Assembly (NCBI RefSeq): GCF_023055435.1
Contig: NW_025963890.1
Location: 43,462,001-43,526,000, forward strand
DNA: 64,000 bases
From: Haliotis rufescens
Lineage: Eukaryota
Direction of reading: 5' to 3'
A program made the position numbers and the translations under genes. Position 1 is the first letter of the stretch. Each line of letters opens with the position of its first letter. Below the pieces are notes generated by a model that saw only the letters and a program-made list of their open reading frames with translations, ran no database searches and was not told where the DNA came from. Positions 60,867-64,000 of the stretch are shown here, in pieces.

Positions 60867-63800
60867 ATGTCAGCCATGCTGGTTATAATGAAGCTGCTGC
60901 TTTTCGTAACAGGTAAGTACTTTGATGCAAAAAAGTAAACCAGATATGATTGACTCGTTTATTGCTTTGCATTTACGGCAAACCCCTTACAATACTGAAA
61001 CTGTTATTCTTCCGTGTTTGCTGGTATAAGAAGGCCACAGCAAGTTGATGACTTCTCCGGAGTCTCCTCGTCGCCTATCTAAAATACCCCTTAATTCCTC
61101 AGATGATAATTTCTACCTTGCTGGTAGAAAGGGTAAGTGTTTCATAACATCTTCCCTTCCCTTACCCGTGAATATGTTTTGTGACATAAATCGTAACATT
61201 CATCATTACACCTGTCTTGTAATTTCCTTCGAACCGTGAAGATCCGGGGTAGAATAGGTCTTCAGCAACCCATGCTTGCCGTAAAAGGTGACTAACGGGA
61301 TCGGGTGGTCAGGCTCGCTGACTTGGTTGATGCATGTCATTGATCCCAATTGCGTGGATCGATGCTCATGATATTACTCACTGGATTGTCTGGTCCAGAC
61401 TCGATTATTTACAGACCGCTGTCATGTAAGCTGAAATATTGCTGAGAGCGGCGTTAAACAACAAAACCCAGAAGGATATTTGTAACTGCAACGTGAACGA
61501 AACAAGAGAGTTTGGGATAACACCAACTTAAAATTAGTACTACTGAATGATCGTGAGAAATGGGCTTCACACATTATACCCGTGTGGAAATCGAGCCCGG
61601 GATTTCGACGTGACGACAGACGCTTTTACCACTAGGCTACCCCACCGCCCCTGTTATCAGAGTGAAGGAGTTGTATAAACTGAGTATATCAAGGAATACA
61701 TGTTTCTTATTCTTTGAGTTGGAGTTCTAATGAAGTTATGTTTCTCACTGCAGCAATAGCTGTTTCGTCGAGTAAACCTTGTACCAACTGTGACGGTAAC
61801 AACGTGACCTGTGTCGACGGCGTGTGTCTACCTCGCTGTGTCAGTGGAGAGTGTCTACACTGTCGGGACTCCAGGTTCTATGGTAAACACTGTGAACAGG
61901 ACTGTCCAGACACCTGTGTCAACTCTCGCTGTCAGATGGACGACACCCGTGTTGTGTGTACAGAGGGATGTGTGGCCGGCAAGAAGGGAGATAACTGTGG
62001 AGTGAACTGTGATGCCGCGTGTTCGCAGTGTGAACGTTATGGCAAGGACTGTACGGGACGTTGTCAGGACCCTCGATACTACGGTCCCCTGTGTAGGACA
62101 GCTTGTCCTTCCAGCTGTCGAGGTAGATGTGATAAAGACACAGGGGAGTGTGACAAATGTGATTCAGGCTACAACGGAAGGTACAATATAAGTACATAAA
62201 ACTGTATNNNNNNNNNNNNNNNNNNNNNNNNNNNNNNNNNNNNNNNNNNNNNNNNNNNNNNNNNNNNNNNNNNNNNNNNNNNNNNNNNNNNNNNNNNNNN
62301 NNNNNNNNNNNNNNNNNNNNNNNNNNNNNNNNNNNNNNNNNNNNNNNNNNNNNNNNNNNNGCGGCATTCATTCTACAAAAGATAAAATATAAAAAAATAT
62401 ATATGGAAAATGCTTGACGTAAAAGGCGCTAACGGGATCGGGTGGTCAGGCTCGCTGACTTGATTGATGCATGTCATCGTATCCCAATTGCGTGGATCGA
62501 TTCTCATGATGTCTATCATTGTATTGTCTGGTCTCGAGTATTTCCAGACCGCCGCCATATAGCTGGAATATTGCTGAGTGCGGCGTTAACCAACAAACAA
62601 AGCAAAGGAAACGCATATGGAATACGTCATATGATAACTTATTTAGTTCTATATTTAACGTTATCGTTTACAAAATTAAATTTGTTGGAAGTTACTAAAC
62701 TGTCAAATTCATCTGTCAGTAGTGAAGAGATGTGTCTGAGATGCGGACCCCAGTTCCTCTACTGTGACGGACAGTGCTTCCAGTGCATTGGCGACAACTG
62801 CCACAACTCTCCCTGTGGGACACGTAACTAGTTTATTTTATTGCAAATATCATGGTAAACTTTATTATTAGATCGTTTATACGGAATAACAAAGTAATGT
62901 TTATTGAAACTCATCATAAGCTTCATGTTTATGTTCTTATAAATTATATACCTGATTTTACAATCATATTTAAGAATGTCGTTGTCAAAGTTGATCAATT
63001 ACTGAACAACTAGTTACAAAGACGACGAAACAATTTCCAACATTTTGTACAAATTTAAATATTTTGTCAATAATGCATTGTGAATTCCATGTATGAATCT
63101 CTCTCTCCACCCTCTTTGTCTTCGCTGGCTCAAGAAAAGTTACACTAAAATGTATATAATGTTTCTGTCATGTATATTGTTCTTTATGCAGGACACACAT
63201 ATCACATCCTACAAGTTGTATCGGGAATCCTCGCAGTGATTGTACTTATTGGGTCAGCCTGTGTTGTGGTAAATCTAGCCAGACGAAAGACCAGATGTCG
63301 AAAGAGGTAATAATTTATGTCTAATGATAAATGTTAACAAATACAAATTTGTGTTAATCGAGAGTTATCTAACCCTTTCCCTACCTCGAATAATAACTAA
63401 GTTTTAAAAGCATCTTACAGTCTTACAGTTGAAAAGGCTTGTCCAAAGACTTGTCTCCATTCGTTGAGACTCATACTCCGTCCTGATGACCATCACAATA
63501 TCAAACGAAGAGGAGAGTAGGGGACGTACTGGGGACAGAAGTTGGCTGACACTGTGGCTAGCCGACACACTTGTGTCTAAACCTTGGTAATACCTCTTTG
63601 TTATATAACCAATCTAACTGTACAATTAAGAGTGTGAACCTTTTGTTTTACAGAAAGACCACCCAGTCCGGGGAAGAGGCCACAGACGGGAGAGATGTCT
63701 CGAAGAGCGATGGCAGTGGTCATTGGGCTCACAAGTACTGGGAAATACACGATAAAGCCACAGATACCGATTCGTATGTAAGCATTTTGTCTTTAAATGG

Positions 63801-64000
63801 ACTAACATGTACAGTGACCAGTGTTAATGAAAGCGACGTCACGAGGAAGCAAAAGTCCACTGGTCAAGAGTCCCCATCTGTGTCAACTGACCCAGCCGCC
63901 GTGCAGTCTGATTCGGACAAAACAAGACATCACTGGGAAAAGGAAACTATGGACGGCTGTTTCAAGCATGGTGGACTGAATATGAATCCAGAGTCGAACC
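60867..64000 (+). CDS. Receptor gene 7: EGF-repeat type-I membrane protein, 3'-incomplete (window end), ectodomain spans an assembly gap
   Basis: Exons: 60867-60912 (MSAMLVIMKLLLFVT), 61754/61760-~62180, ~62720/62723-62823, 63192-63306 (TM ILQVVSGILAVIVLIGSACVVVNL), 63654->64000 open (GHWAHKYWEIHDKA...). Confidence 0.75.
61233..61468 (+). mobile_element. SINE-like family B (single-hairpin variant)
   Basis: Family B sequence lacking the internal 22-nt duplication. Confidence 0.85.
62208..62360. other. Assembly gap (N run)
   Basis: Run of N. Confidence 1.
62410..62600 (+). mobile_element. SINE-like family B, 5'-truncated
   Basis: Family B body and tail. Confidence 0.8.

Noticed and set aside
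3187-64000. Assigning gene symbols MEGF10/MEGF11/SCARF1/ced-1
   Set aside because: Only the Cys-repeat style is similar. No EMI domain or NPxY motif is seen and the exon structure differs, so orthology is unsupported.

Overview
Eukaryotic, AT-rich, intron-containing genomic DNA from an invertebrate. The SINE and LINE complement looks molluscan and abalone-like, but that is my inference. The window holds a head-to-tail tandem array, all on the + strand, of seven paralogous type-I membrane receptor genes (the seventh runs off the window), plus one decayed relic and two intronic ectodomain remnants. Each gene has the same plan: a signal-peptide exon (phase 1), ONE large symmetric exon encoding a Cys-rich EGF/laminin-EGF-like ectodomain (MEGF10/SREC/CED-1-like), a transmembrane exon (phase 2), and a long cytoplasmic-tail exon. 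I spliced the six complete models by hand and all close in frame (about 402-615 aa). Three properties make the array notable. (1) The ectodomain core is nearly identical at DNA level across paralogs whose leaders, TM segments and tails are highly divergent. (2) Ectodomain length varies through 93-bp module gain and loss, and through ectodomain swapping between genes. (3) The otherwise unalignable tails share two motifs I do not recognise: W-x-[HT]-K-Y-W-E-I-[HN]-[DE] and a C-terminal LI[RK]KT[DE]S..IEQ..D.....YL[ST]P. This looks like a diversifying immune or recognition receptor family with its own signalling module. Introns and spacers contain at least five SINE-like families (many with target-site duplications), L2, R4/Dong and RNase-H (I-group) LINE fragments, a dead Tc1 transposon, MITEs, a 17-bp minisatellite, and Penelope-type repeats carrying a minimal hammerhead ribozyme. 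There is one assembly gap (62208-62360).
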